DNA of 38,870 nt from Thermoproteota archaeon (GTDB lineage Archaea; Korarchaeota; Korarchaeia; Korarchaeales; Korarchaeaceae), in assembly GCA_027491435.1 (NCBI GenBank), contig JAOZFG010000006.1:1-38870 (forward strand), written 5' to 3'. This document shows positions 1-9,891 of this stretch, one piece after another. Below the pieces are notes generated by a model, which did not search any database, was not told the DNA's origin, and saw nothing but the letters and a program-made list of their open reading frames with translations. Within the stretch, counting starts at the first letter, position 1, and each line of letters begins with the position of its first letter. The translations under genes and the position numbers were made by a program.

Positions 1-902
1 TTGTAGAAAGGCTCCCTTAACATAACGGCCTTCTTGAATATTTCCTCTAGCTCCTCGTCGCTGGCCCCCATTCTCATAGCTGTTAGGAAATCCACCTTGT
101 CGTCGTCTCTCAGGAGGCACGTCTTGAAGTAGCCGTCATGGGTTATCCTTATCCTGGTACAGCTCATGCAGAAGCTCGGATTATCCACGTTCCTCACTAC
201 TTCAACAACCCCTCCGTTGGGCAGATAGTACCTAAACCTGCCGTGGAGCTCCCTCCTTTCAACCTTTACAGCGATCCTCCTAAGCTCCTCTTCAAGGCCC
301 TCTAGTGGGTAGTAGTACCTTTCGAACAGCTTTCTATCAGTGTAGAGCAGCTCTATGAGCTGAAGCTGTACCCCCATCTTGGAGAAGAATTTAATCGTAT
401 CCCATAGGTCGTCTGAGTTTACTCCCTTGAGCACAACCATGTCCACCTTGACAGGTTCTAATCCAGCCCTTTTAGCGGCCTTTATGGCCTCAATTCCCCT
501 GCTTAGTCCGTCAACCCCCGTTATAAATTCGTAAACATCTCTGTTTATGCTGTGCACGCTTATGTTTACCCTATCCAGCCCAGCCCTCTTCAAGTCCTCT
601 GCCAGCTCAGGGAGCCAGTACCCGTTGGTGACCATGGACACCTCCTCAGCGCCGGCCCTCCTTATGTTCCTGACCACCTCCACGATGTCTTCCCTGAGGA
701 GGGGTTCTCCCCCAGTTATCTTCACGGTCTTCACGTCGTGTTTGACCAGAACCCTAACTATCCTCCCTATCTCCTCTGGGGTCATCGCCCTGTCCGTAGG
801 CCTGTAACCTTCCCTGTGACAGAAGAAGCAGCTGTAGTTACACTCTGGCGTCACTGATATCCTCAAGTTGTTTACAGGCCTGCCCCACCTATCTCTAAGC
901 AT
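1..902 (-). CDS. moaA: GTP 3',8-cyclase MoaA (3' end runs off the window)
   Basis: Not in the ORF track. Manual translation from ATG at 902 gives MLRDRWGRPVNNLRISVTPECNYSCFFCHREG (radical SAM CxxxCxxC); a C-terminal FCMSCTRIR...KTCL cluster motif is also present. Overlaps the moaC stop. Confidence 0.93.
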   Translation of the reverse strand, partial: MLRDRWGRPVNNLRISVTPECNYSCFFCHREGYRPTDRAMTPEEIGRIVRVLVKHDVKTVKITGGEPLLREDIVEVVRNIRRAGAEEVSMVTNGYWLPELAEDLKRAGLDRVNISVHSINRDVYEFITGVDGLSRGIEAIKAAKRAGLEPVKVDMVVLKGVNSDDLWDTIKFFSKMGVQLQLIELLYTDRKLFERYYYPLEGLEEELRRIAVKVERRELHGRFRYYLPNGGVVEVVRNVDNPSFCMSCTRIRITHDGYFKTCLLRDDDKVDFLTAMRMGASDEELEEIFKKAVMLREPFY

Positions 903-1329
903 CCCCCTTCACCTTAGACACCACCTTAACGCCCTCTATCCTAGTAGTCGGATAGTTGCCGGTTTCGTCCTTCTCCAGGTATTTCACCATGTCCCATATG
1001 TTGAGTAACGCAGCCATGACGCCTGTCAGAGCCTCCATCTCCACTCCCGTCTTCTCCTGAGCCTTCACCCTAACTGAGACCTTCACATGATCCTTTGAAA
1101 CGGAGAATGAGACCTCCACTGAGGTTATCCTTATGGGGTGACATAATGGGAGTATCCTGGGGGTTCCCTTGACCGCCTGTATCGCCGCAACTCTGCTAAC
1201 TTCGAAAACGTCCCCTTTCTTCACCTTCCGGTCGACTATGGCCCTAATGGTCTCTTCCTTCAGGTATATGCTCCCCTCAGCTACGGCCTCCCTGTAGACC
1301 TCTGGCTTACCAGTGATGTCCACCATCAA
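895..1329 (-). CDS. moaC: Cyclic pyranopterin monophosphate synthase MoaC
   Basis: MVDIT.K, KKGDV, LPLCHP, TGVEMEAL and IWDMVK motifs; adjacent to moaA. Confidence 0.96.
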   Translation of the reverse strand: MMVDITGKPEVYREAVAEGSIYLKEETIRAIVDRKVKKGDVFEVSRVAAIQAVKGTPRILPLCHPIRITSVEVSFSVSKDHVKVSVRVKAQEKTGVEMEALTGVMAALLNIWDMVKYLEKDETGNYPTTRIEGVKVVSKVKGDA

Positions 1330-1545
1330 CTTGAATCCGTCAACTAACGCTCCATCTTACTAAAAAAGATAACTCTTAACTGTTTTATACAAAATATTTT
1401 TTGGATATACTAGGATTAACTATATATATTTATTTTCTTATGGGAGAAAGATGTATGCAATTTATTTAAAGTGAGAAGGGGGTTTAAGTTATATAGCTGG
1501 AGATTGAACGGCACCGCCGATCGATATTCAAAGAAAAGATAAGGG

Positions 1546-4191
1546 TCAGGACACTATGCAGGCTGACCAGCCGCAGTCCAGGCAGGTGACACAGTCCTCC
1601 TTGTAAACCAACCTCACGCTACCGCACTCCGGACACTTCTCTATGTGGTTGTGCCCCGTGGCTCCAACTGACGGTGGCTTGAAAACTGGCTTTATAGCCT
1701 TCCTTTCATCCTCCACCACCCTCTTGAGCAGGGGCTTGCCAACCCCCAGGAGTTCCATCATCTCCAGGGTCTTGTTTTCCGTCCTTATCACGTACTCCCC
1801 CTTCCTCTGTGAGGGGGTGACCAGAACCTGAGCCGCCTTAGAGCCGTCCCTGTAGACCGTTATGCCCTTAAGCCCGAGCCTGTGGGCGAACAGGTAGGCC
1901 TTCTCAACGTCATCCACGGACACCCAGCTGGGCATGTTTATGGTCTTGCTCACCGCCGCGCATATCCACTTGGCTATCTCCGCCTGGGCCCTGACGTGGT
2001 CCCACCAAGGTATGTCGTAGGCCACGAGGAAAACCTCCTGAAGCCTCTTAAAGGCCTCTTCCTTTCCTTCTGGCGGCTCTATTCCCTGTAAGGACCCTCC
2101 ATTGTCAGCAATCTCCTTGAGCAACCTCTCGTTGTACAGACCGTTCTCCTTTAGCTGCCTCTCAAGCTCCCTGTCCACGTAGAAGAAGGAGCCGACGGAC
2201 ACCCTCTTCTCATACACCAAGGCGAATTGGGGCTCTATCCCTGATGAGACGTCGGCTATCATTGAGATGGAACCTGTTGGGGCTATGGTCGTCACTTCGG
2301 CGTTCCTGATCCCGTACTTCATTATCTCCTCCCTCAGAGCATCCCAGTCAAGGTACCACCACTCCGGGTGGTAGAAGCCCTCGACGGGCATCTCCCCCTT
2401 CACGTAACCTGACTTCTCGTAGAGGGGGAACGGGCCCCTCTCCTTGGCCCTCTCCACGCTTTCCAGCATTGCGTAGTAGGTTAGGTGCTCGGTGACCTTG
2501 CGCATGAACTCAAAGCCCTCCTCGCTGTTGTAGGGTATGCCCAGGGCGAACAGGGTGTCGGCGAGGCCCATCATTCCCAGGCCCACCTTCCTGGTGGACT
2601 TCGTCCTCTCCTCTATCTCAGGGATGGGGAACTTGTTAACGTCTATGACGTTGTCTAGGAACCTGAGGGCCAGCCTCACGTCCCTCGCGAAGGAGTCCCA
2701 GTCGAAGTATGACCTGCCCAGCTCGTCGAATCTTATGTAGGCGTACAAGTTAATGCTTCCCAGGTTGCAGGAGCCGTAGGGATAGAGCGGCTGTTCGCCG
2801 CAGGGGTTGGTTGAAGATATCTCCCCCAAAAATGAGCGCATCACGTTCCTCCTGTTCATGTTGTCCTTGAACAGCACGCCCGGATCTCCGGTGCGCCAAG
2901 CCATGTCGGCTAACTTGCGGAAAAGCTCCCTGGGATTCGCAGTGCCCCAAACGCTAACGTCCCTGGGGTTGATCAGAGGGTAAGGTTCGTTCCTCTCGTA
3001 GTAATCCCAGAAATCTCCAGTTATCATCACCGAGATGTTGAAGTTCTCGAACTGGCCTGGCTTGGCCTTGGCCTCGATGAACTTCCATATGTCGGGGTGC
3101 CACACCTCCAGTATGCCCATGTTTGCCCCTCTTCTGCGCCCTCCCTGCTTCACCACGTCCGTGATCACATCTATTATTCTCATGAAGCTTACTGGACCTG
3201 AGGCCTGGCCTCCCGTGGATCTGACTATGTCTCCCTGGGGCCTGAGCTTGGAGTAGTTTATGCCAACGCCCCCGCCTGACTTGAATATTATTGCAGCATC
3301 CGTGGCGGCCTTCATTATCGACTCCAGGCTATCGTCTATGTCCAGGACGAAGCAGGCGGAGAGCTGCCCTATTCTGGTTCCGGCGTTGAACAGCGTCGGG
3401 GAGTTCGGCAGAAACCTCAGGTCCACCATCAGCCTGTAGTAGTTGAGGAAGTCCTTGTAGTGGTGGTCAAACTCCCCTCTAAGGAGCATTTCCCAAAACT
3501 GGGACCAGCTCACCTTCATCTTCCCCTGCTCATTCAGCTCGTCGTAGAGGGCCTTCATCCTCTCCAGGTGGTAGCGGTTCCAGGTGAAAGTAGGCTTCAG
3601 GTGATCCTCAGGGTGACCGTTCTTAAGCCCCACCTTCCCCTCCCACTCCTCGGGTGAGAACTCCTCCTTGGGGTGAATTGGCTGACTTCCTTCGGGGTCG
3701 AACACCTTCGGGTCGTAGAGCACGTCAGGGATCACTACAAGGGCAGCTACCCTTATGAACATCGACTTCGGATCCTCTATGAGCTTGCCTGAGGGATCCT
3801 TCTGCAGGTACCTGGCGGCTAGCAGCCTTATGGCGTTAAGGGAGAGCCTCTTATCCACGTCATCCACGTAGTCCTTGCCCAGAATGGCCATCTTCTCCTT
3901 CCTTATCTTCTCCCTCTCCTTCCTGTAGAGGATGTAGGCCTTGGCCACGTCAAACAGGTCGTACTTCATTAAAGCGAGCTCCACTATGTCCTGAATCTCC
4001 TCAACGTGTGGGGGCCTTTCATCCGAGTAATTCTTCCTGATTACCCTTAGGACGTAGTTAACCACCTTCTTCAAGATCTCCTCATCATATTGGCCTACCT
4101 CCAGCATCGCCCCCTTTATGGCCCTCTCTATCCTAGACCTATCGAAGGGAACTACTCTACCATCCCTCTTGACTACCTTAGTGACTGGCAT
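1546..4191 (-). CDS. nrdJ: Adenosylcobalamin-dependent (class II) ribonucleotide reductase with N-terminal ATP cone
   Basis: VVKRDG ATP cone; PNSPTL, LSACF, GGGVG, TNPCGEQ, CNLGS and TIAPTG motifs; C-terminal Cys cluster CPECG...CVTCLDCGWSAC. SD GGAGG upstream. No intein seen. Confidence 0.96.
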   Translation of the reverse strand: MPVTKVVKRDGRVVPFDRSRIERAIKGAMLEVGQYDEEILKKVVNYVLRVIRKNYSDERPPHVEEIQDIVELALMKYDLFDVAKAYILYRKEREKIRKEKMAILGKDYVDDVDKRLSLNAIRLLAARYLQKDPSGKLIEDPKSMFIRVAALVVIPDVLYDPKVFDPEGSQPIHPKEEFSPEEWEGKVGLKNGHPEDHLKPTFTWNRYHLERMKALYDELNEQGKMKVSWSQFWEMLLRGEFDHHYKDFLNYYRLMVDLRFLPNSPTLFNAGTRIGQLSACFVLDIDDSLESIMKAATDAAIIFKSGGGVGINYSKLRPQGDIVRSTGGQASGPVSFMRIIDVITDVVKQGGRRRGANMGILEVWHPDIWKFIEAKAKPGQFENFNISVMITGDFWDYYERNEPYPLINPRDVSVWGTANPRELFRKLADMAWRTGDPGVLFKDNMNRRNVMRSFLGEISSTNPCGEQPLYPYGSCNLGSINLYAYIRFDELGRSYFDWDSFARDVRLALRFLDNVIDVNKFPIPEIEERTKSTRKVGLGMMGLADTLFALGIPYNSEEGFEFMRKVTEHLTYYAMLESVERAKERGPFPLYEKSGYVKGEMPVEGFYHPEWWYLDWDALREEIMKYGIRNAEVTTIAPTGSISMIADVSSGIEPQFALVYEKRVSVGSFFYVDRELERQLKENGLYNERLLKEIADNGGSLQGIEPPEGKEEAFKRLQEVFLVAYDIPWWDHVRAQAEIAKWICAAVSKTINMPSWVSVDDVEKAYLFAHRLGLKGITVYRDGSKAAQVLVTPSQRKGEYVIRTENKTLEMMELLGVGKPLLKRVVEDERKAIKPVFKPPSVGATGHNHIEKCPECGSVRLVYKEDCVTCLDCGWSACIVS

Positions 4192-4357
4192 CTTCCTCCA
4201 GTATTCTTTGCCCGATGGAAAAATAAGCCTAGACGTCCGCTTTCAGGTCCGGCGTTTTTCAGAGCTGAAATAACTCCCCAAAAAAGTTATAGAAAAATTT
4301 TATGATGGATAGAGGGCTCCTTCCCAAGCCATTCGCTAGTAGAGGGGGCGATAAGGC

Positions 4358-4873
4358 TTGGTGGGTTTGGTACACCTTTACACGGGCAATGGGAAGGGTA
4401 AGACAACGGCCGCGTTCGGCCTTGCCCTCAGGATGGTCGGTAGGGGGAAGAGGGTTCTAATCATCCAATTTATGAAGGGCAGGCCCACAGGGGAGGTCAT
4501 AGCCTCCAAGAAGCTTGAACCTATGCTCGAGGTCAGACAGTTCGGTACCCCCAGATTCGTCGATCCGAAGAATCCGGATGAGGAATCTGTTAAGAGGGCT
4601 AAAGAAGGGTTAGAGCTCGCTAGGAAGGCTGTGAAAGGCGATTACGATCTAGTCGTACTAGATGAAGTCAACGTGGCCGTCTCCTTCGGCTTACTAGATG
4701 AGGACGAAGTCTTAGAAGTAGTTAGGGGAAAAGATAAGGATGTGGAGGTAGTTCTCACCGGCAGGTATGCGCCCCGATCGTTTTACGAGATAGCAGATTA
4801 CGTGACCGAGTTCAGGGAAGTGAAGCACCCCTTCGCTAGGGGGATAAAGGCTAGGGAGGGGGTGGAGTACTGA
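4358..4873 (+). CDS. cobO: Cob(I)alamin adenosyltransferase, CobO/BtuR type
   Basis: YTGNGKGKTTAA, QFMKG, VLDE, LTGR and KHPF..G..AR.GVEY motifs. Confidence 0.95.
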   Translation: MVGLVHLYTGNGKGKTTAAFGLALRMVGRGKRVLIIQFMKGRPTGEVIASKKLEPMLEVRQFGTPRFVDPKNPDEESVKRAKEGLELARKAVKGDYDLVVLDEVNVAVSFGLLDEDEVLEVVRGKDKDVEVVLTGRYAPRSFYEIADYVTEFREVKHPFARGIKAREGVEY

Positions 4874-7102
4874 TCATATGACGTAGCTCTCCTCCTTTCT
4901 CTCCTCCGGGGGAGTCACCGCCCTCAGGGTCTTCATTACCTCCTCATAATACTTAAGAAGGTCATCCGTTAAGCTCGGTTTTATCTTATGTAGGGCCATC
5001 TCGAAGTGCCTCATTTCCACCTTGGATGCGTTTAGGTCCTCTCTAAGGGCTGACATCGCCGCCTCCCTAACCAATGCAGCAAGGTCTGCACCGCTGAACC
5101 TATCGGTCATAGTCGCAATCCTCCATAGGTCTACGTCTTCAGCTAACGGCATCTTCTTGGTCAAGACTTTCAAGATTTCGTGTCTGGCCTGCAGATCTGG
5201 TGGGCCCACGTATATCAATCTCTCTAACCTGCCCGGCCTTAGTATAGCGGGGTCTATCAGGTCGGGCCTGTTTGTAGCTCCTATTACCACTATGTCCCTG
5301 AGGGGCTGTATCCCATCTATCTCAGTCAACATTTGGCTGACCACTCTCTCCGTCACGCCTGAATCAAGTCCAGTGCCCCTCCTCGGGAATAGGGAGTCTA
5401 TCTCGTCGATGAATATTATGGCAGGGGCTACCTGCCTGGCCTTCTTGAACACCTGTCTTACAGCCTTCTCGCTCTCACCAACCCACTTGCTGAGCAATTC
5501 AGGGCCCTTTATGCTTATGAAGTTGGCCTCGCTCTCGCTGGCCACTGCTTTGGCTAGCAAGGTCTTCCCACAGCCCGGCGGGCCGTAGAGGAGTACACCC
5601 TTGGGGGGCTCTATTCCCAGCCTTCTGAAAGCGCTGGGATTCTTTAGAGGAAGCTCTACAACCTCCCTCAGCTCCTTTTTGACTTCCTCAAGTCCGCCAA
5701 CGTCGTCCCAAGATATGTTAGGTATCTCTATGGATATCTCCCTGAGGGCTGAGGGCTGTACTATCTTCAAGGCCTCCGAGAAGTCCTGCTTGGTCACCTT
5801 GAGCGCCTCCAATATCTCGAGAGGTATGGTGTCAGAGTCCAGGTCTATTTGAGGTAGCACCCTCCTCAAGGCCGCCATAGCCGCTTCCCTGACCAGGGCG
5901 GCTAGGTCAGCCCCCACGAACCCGTGAGTTATCTCAGCTATCTCATCCAAGTCAACGTCATCGTCCAGGGGGACGTTCCTGGTGTGTATCTGGAGTATCT
6001 CCTTCCTCCCGTTCTTGTCTGGCACTCCGATCTCTATCTCCCTGTCGAACCTGCCAGGCCTCCTGAGAGCTGGATCTAAAGCTTCTGGCCTGTTGGTGGC
6101 CCCTATGACTATGACTTCTCCTCTACCCTTGAGCCCGTCCATTAAGGCCAGGAGCTGGGCGACGACGCGCCTCTCAACCTCTCCAGTGACTTCATTCCTG
6201 TTAGGGGCTATTGAGTCTATCTCATCTATGAATATTATGGAGGGTGCGTTCTTCTCAGCTTCCTCGAATATCTCCCTTAGCCTCTTCTCGCTCTCACCGT
6301 AGTACTTGCTCATTATCTCGGGGCCCGATATGCTTATGAAGTGGGCGTTGCTCTCGTTAGCCACTGCTTTGGCTAGCAAGGTCTTCCCGGTGCCTGGCGG
6401 GCCGTACAGGAGCACTCCCTTGGGGGGCTCTATTCCCAAGTGTCTGAACAGCTCCGGGTGCTTAAGTGGGAGCTCGACCATCTCCCTTATCCTCTGAATC
6501 TCCTCTTTGAGGCCTCCGATGTCCTCATAAGTTATTGTGGGGATTGATATCTTGGAAGGCTCGACGGGCTTCTCCCTAACCTCTATAATGGTTGAGGGAC
6601 CCACCTTACCGAAGTTCCCCGGTGACACGCTCACCACGACAAGGGGAATGAACCTCTGGAATATTGGGATCAGTACTACATCTCCCTTGGTCACCACGTA
6701 GTCAAATATCCTCTTCTTAACCCAGTTGTGGAAGTCAGGAGCCACCCTGATCATGTGATCCTGTGGGGCCAGCACTATCTTAGATGCTTCGGAGACCTCT
6801 ACCGGCCTGACCCTGACCTTCTCCCCGGTCCTAACTCCGGCGTTCCCCCTGATTATCTTGTCCATCCTTATGAACCTGGTTCCTACGTCCATGCTCACTG
6901 ATGGCATGACCCTGGCGTGGGTTACCCTGGAGCCGTATATCCTGACGTAGTCTCCGCTGGTAAGGCCTATCTGCCTCATCACCTCTGGGTCTATCCTAAC
7001 AATCCCCCTGCCGAAGTCAGCTTGTTTTACCACATCAGCCACAATTAACGTGACGTCTTTGGGCTCTTTCTGACCCTTTTTAGCGGTGGGTTTTCTTCCC
7101 AA
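4874..7102 (-). CDS. cdc48: CDC48/VAT AAA+ ATPase
   Basis: N domain plus two AAA modules (GPPGTGKT and GPPGCGKT; IDEID; RPGRFDR and RPGRLER). Confidence 0.96.
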   Translation of the reverse strand: MGRKPTAKKGQKEPKDVTLIVADVVKQADFGRGIVRIDPEVMRQIGLTSGDYVRIYGSRVTHARVMPSVSMDVGTRFIRMDKIIRGNAGVRTGEKVRVRPVEVSEASKIVLAPQDHMIRVAPDFHNWVKKRIFDYVVTKGDVVLIPIFQRFIPLVVVSVSPGNFGKVGPSTIIEVREKPVEPSKISIPTITYEDIGGLKEEIQRIREMVELPLKHPELFRHLGIEPPKGVLLYGPPGTGKTLLAKAVANESNAHFISISGPEIMSKYYGESEKRLREIFEEAEKNAPSIIFIDEIDSIAPNRNEVTGEVERRVVAQLLALMDGLKGRGEVIVIGATNRPEALDPALRRPGRFDREIEIGVPDKNGRKEILQIHTRNVPLDDDVDLDEIAEITHGFVGADLAALVREAAMAALRRVLPQIDLDSDTIPLEILEALKVTKQDFSEALKIVQPSALREISIEIPNISWDDVGGLEEVKKELREVVELPLKNPSAFRRLGIEPPKGVLLYGPPGCGKTLLAKAVASESEANFISIKGPELLSKWVGESEKAVRQVFKKARQVAPAIIFIDEIDSLFPRRGTGLDSGVTERVVSQMLTEIDGIQPLRDIVVIGATNRPDLIDPAILRPGRLERLIYVGPPDLQARHEILKVLTKKMPLAEDVDLWRIATMTDRFSGADLAALVREAAMSALREDLNASKVEMRHFEMALHKIKPSLTDDLLKYYEEVMKTLRAVTPPEERKEESYVI

Positions 7103-7220
7103 CTTCCCTACCTCCCATTAGTGGTGAGAATATCGCCTTATTAACCCTTGCATGGTACGAATTTCCTAAATGGCAGGGCTGCAATGGGCCCGGTACTTCT
7201 CCTTTAAATTTAGGTGAGAG

Positions 7221-8039
7221 GTGATCACGGGACCTGCAATGAGAGCCGTCGGCGTCATCGGAGCCGGTCAGATAGGTTCCGCTATAGCAAAGATATTGGC
7301 TGAAAGTGGCAGATGGGTCGTATACGCTTCAAGGAGGAAGATCTACAAGGTTGAGGGGCTCAGGGACTTGGGAGTTCACCTCACTGCAGACAATAGGGAG
7401 GTGGCGGAGAAGTCCAACATCATAGTGCTGGCGGTGAAGCCCTACAAGGTTATCGAAGTGCTGGAAGAGATCTCCGACCTGACAGATGGCAAGATAATAA
7501 TTTCAGTTGCTGCTGCAGTTCCAATAAGGAGGATAAAGGCCGTTTGCCCGAGGGCTAAGGTGATAAGGGCCATGCCCAACATAGCTTTGCTGGTCAAAGC
7601 CTCCTTCACCGCATACTCCAAGGACAAGGACGTGACCCCTGAAGAGGAGGCCCTCGTCTTGGAAATCTTCAAGGAGCTTGGGTACGCCCACGAAATCGAT
7701 GAAGAGTTGATGGACGCAGTTACAGCCTTGAGCGGGAGCGGTCCGGCTTATATAGCTACCTTGATAGAGGCTATGGCTTACGCTGGCCTCAAGGTAGGGC
7801 TACCCAGGGACTTCTCTTACTTGAGCTCAGCCTACACAGTTTATGGGACAGCTAAGCTCTACATAGAGTCTGGGAAGCATCCATCAGAGATTAAAGAGAT
7901 GGTCCTTACACCAGCTGGCACCACCATAGAGGGGATATTCTACTTAGAGGAAAGTGGGATAAGGACTGCGGTGATGAAGGCCGTGGAGGCGGCCACTAGA
8001 AGGGCTAAGGAGATAGCCAAGGCCCTTAATGACAAATGA
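7221..8039 (+). CDS. proC: Pyrroline-5-carboxylate reductase
   Basis: GAGQIG Rossmann motif; AVKP, RAMPN, TALSGSGPAY and TPAGTT motifs. The start may be the ATG at 7239. Confidence 0.95.
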   Translation: MITGPAMRAVGVIGAGQIGSAIAKILAESGRWVVYASRRKIYKVEGLRDLGVHLTADNREVAEKSNIIVLAVKPYKVIEVLEEISDLTDGKIIISVAAAVPIRRIKAVCPRAKVIRAMPNIALLVKASFTAYSKDKDVTPEEEALVLEIFKELGYAHEIDEELMDAVTALSGSGPAYIATLIEAMAYAGLKVGLPRDFSYLSSAYTVYGTAKLYIESGKHPSEIKEMVLTPAGTTIEGIFYLEESGIRTAVMKAVEAATRRAKEIAKALNDK

Positions 8040-8082
8040 ATAATCGTTAAAACTTACACCAGTATAAGATGGCGGTGGGACA

Positions 8083-9717
8083 TTGTCTCTGCCTTTTAAC
8101 AAGATAGTTAAGGCTGAAGAGGCGATCTCTCAAATTAAAGATGGATCTGTTGTGGCTATCTCAGGGTTTAACATGGCTACCACCCCAGAGTACCTGATTA
8201 TCAAGCTCTTCGAGAGGTACAAAAGCACAGGTCATCCTAAGGGGCTCTTCATAATATCTGATACCTATCCAGGAGCTCCAGGTAGGGGAATGGATGCCAT
8301 AGCCAAGGAACTCTATGAGAATAAGGACTCTGAGTTCATAAGAGGTATGTTGATGCCCTACCTGGGCTGGTCCCCCTGGCTTCAAAAGATAACCTCTGAG
8401 AACCTGATAGAGGTGCATACCTGGTCTATAGGAATAGCCGCTTACTGGTTCAGGGAAGTGGCGTCGGGAAGGCCTGGGCTGATAAGTAAGGTCGGCTTAG
8501 GCACCTTCCTAGATCCGAGACAGGACGGAGGGGCTTTAAATGACCTGGCCAAGGAAAGGAGAACGTGTAGAGTGAGTATAGTAAAACTTGAAGGCGAGAA
8601 GTACCTGTTTTACGAGGCCCCTAAACCTGATGTAGCCTTGATTAGAGGAACTACAGCTGACGAGCTCGGAAATTTGACCATGGAGAAGGAGGGTATTTTT
8701 GGAACTGTGTTGAACATAGCTCAGGCCGCTAAGGCCAGACCTAAGCCAGGCCTGGTGATAGCTCAGGTGGAGAGGGTAGCCAGATTTGGTTCCCTCAACC
8801 CTCAGGAGGTCCAAGTGCCCGGCCCCTTAATAGATTATGTGGTAGTAGCTCCCTTGGAGTATCAGTGGCAGACCAGCAACATTCAGTACGACCCCAGGAT
8901 TTCAGGTAGGATAATACCTCTGATAACTCCTGACCTAGTTCCTAAGCTTGAGCTTAACATAAGAAAGGTTATAGCCAGGAGAATACTCCTAGAGCTTGTA
9001 AAGCTCATAAAGGAGCGAGGAGGTCAAATAATAGTAAACTTAGGGATAGGAATACCTGCCTTAGTGGCCAACGTGGCCGCTGAAGAGGGTATATTGGACT
9101 ACATAGCGACCACAATTGAGTCAGGCCCTTGGGGAGGGATCGCTCTAACTGGCCCTGACTTCGGGGTTAGCATAGGCCCCTACGCTATAATACCAATGCC
9201 CGATCAGTTCACGATTTACGAAGGCGGCATAATAGATGCTGCATCCCTGGGCTTCCTACAGGTGGATGAGAGGGGAAACGTTAACCCCTCAATGCTTCCC
9301 GGCAGGATACCGGGGCCCGGTGGGTTCTCAGTAATAGCGGCAGGAGCACCTCGCCTCTACTTTGGCGGCGGGTTCACGGCTGGGAAGAGGGATATAAAAG
9401 TGGAAGACGGGAAGTTACTAATTCTAAGGGACGGCGACGTGGTCAAGTTCGTTAAGGAAGTTTACAAGATCTTCTTTAACGGAAAACTCGCTTTAAATGA
9501 AGGGAAGAAAGTTAAGTTCGTTACGGAGAGGGCCGTCTTTGAACTGACTGATAGAGGGCTTGAGTTAATAGAGGTGGCCCCCGGAGTCGATGTGGAGAGG
9601 CACGTGCTTGGTAGGATGGAGTTTAAACCTATAGTGAGGAAACCTGAAGAAATGGACAGATACCTATTCACTGAGGGAAGTATGAACCTAAAGGACAGAT
9701 TCAATTTTAGATCATAA
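8083..9717 (+). CDS. Family I acyl-CoA:acetate/3-ketoacid CoA transferase (fused alpha/beta, YdiF/Pct-like)
   Basis: VGLGTFLDPR, ALIRGTTADE.GN, NLGIGIP, catalytic ESG, GPGGF and TERAVF motifs. Confidence 0.9.
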   Translation: MSLPFNKIVKAEEAISQIKDGSVVAISGFNMATTPEYLIIKLFERYKSTGHPKGLFIISDTYPGAPGRGMDAIAKELYENKDSEFIRGMLMPYLGWSPWLQKITSENLIEVHTWSIGIAAYWFREVASGRPGLISKVGLGTFLDPRQDGGALNDLAKERRTCRVSIVKLEGEKYLFYEAPKPDVALIRGTTADELGNLTMEKEGIFGTVLNIAQAAKARPKPGLVIAQVERVARFGSLNPQEVQVPGPLIDYVVVAPLEYQWQTSNIQYDPRISGRIIPLITPDLVPKLELNIRKVIARRILLELVKLIKERGGQIIVNLGIGIPALVANVAAEEGILDYIATTIESGPWGGIALTGPDFGVSIGPYAIIPMPDQFTIYEGGIIDAASLGFLQVDERGNVNPSMLPGRIPGPGGFSVIAAGAPRLYFGGGFTAGKRDIKVEDGKLLILRDGDVVKFVKEVYKIFFNGKLALNEGKKVKFVTERAVFELTDRGLELIEVAPGVDVERHVLGRMEFKPIVRKPEEMDRYLFTEGSMNLKDRFNFRS

Positions 9718-9891
9718 ATTTATATCGGGGAAATCACGAGGTATTATTAAGTTATATTCCTGAAACCTCAAATAACTTTTGGGATATCAATAAATTACTT
9801 TTATAGTTAATTAATTAGTTCGGCGAGTAACTAAAGTAACAGTTATAAGTGTCTAATACGCCACCTCGATAGTTTCTTAGAGGGTGGTCAC

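Noticed and set aside
547-857. Two plus-strand ORFs
   Set aside because: Antisense shadows of moaA.
1355-1500. AT-rich tract as a replication origin
   Set aside because: No ORB repeats recognised and no cdc6/orc1 nearby; more simply the nrdJ terminator and moaC promoter region.
3470-3740. Intein or unusual insertion in NrdJ
   Set aside because: No intein splice motifs; the segment is short and resembles the ordinary insert of archaeal NrdJ proteins.
4192-4357. Cobalamin riboswitch or NrdR box between nrdJ and cobO
   Set aside because: No B12-box core or NrdR consensus recognisable on either strand.
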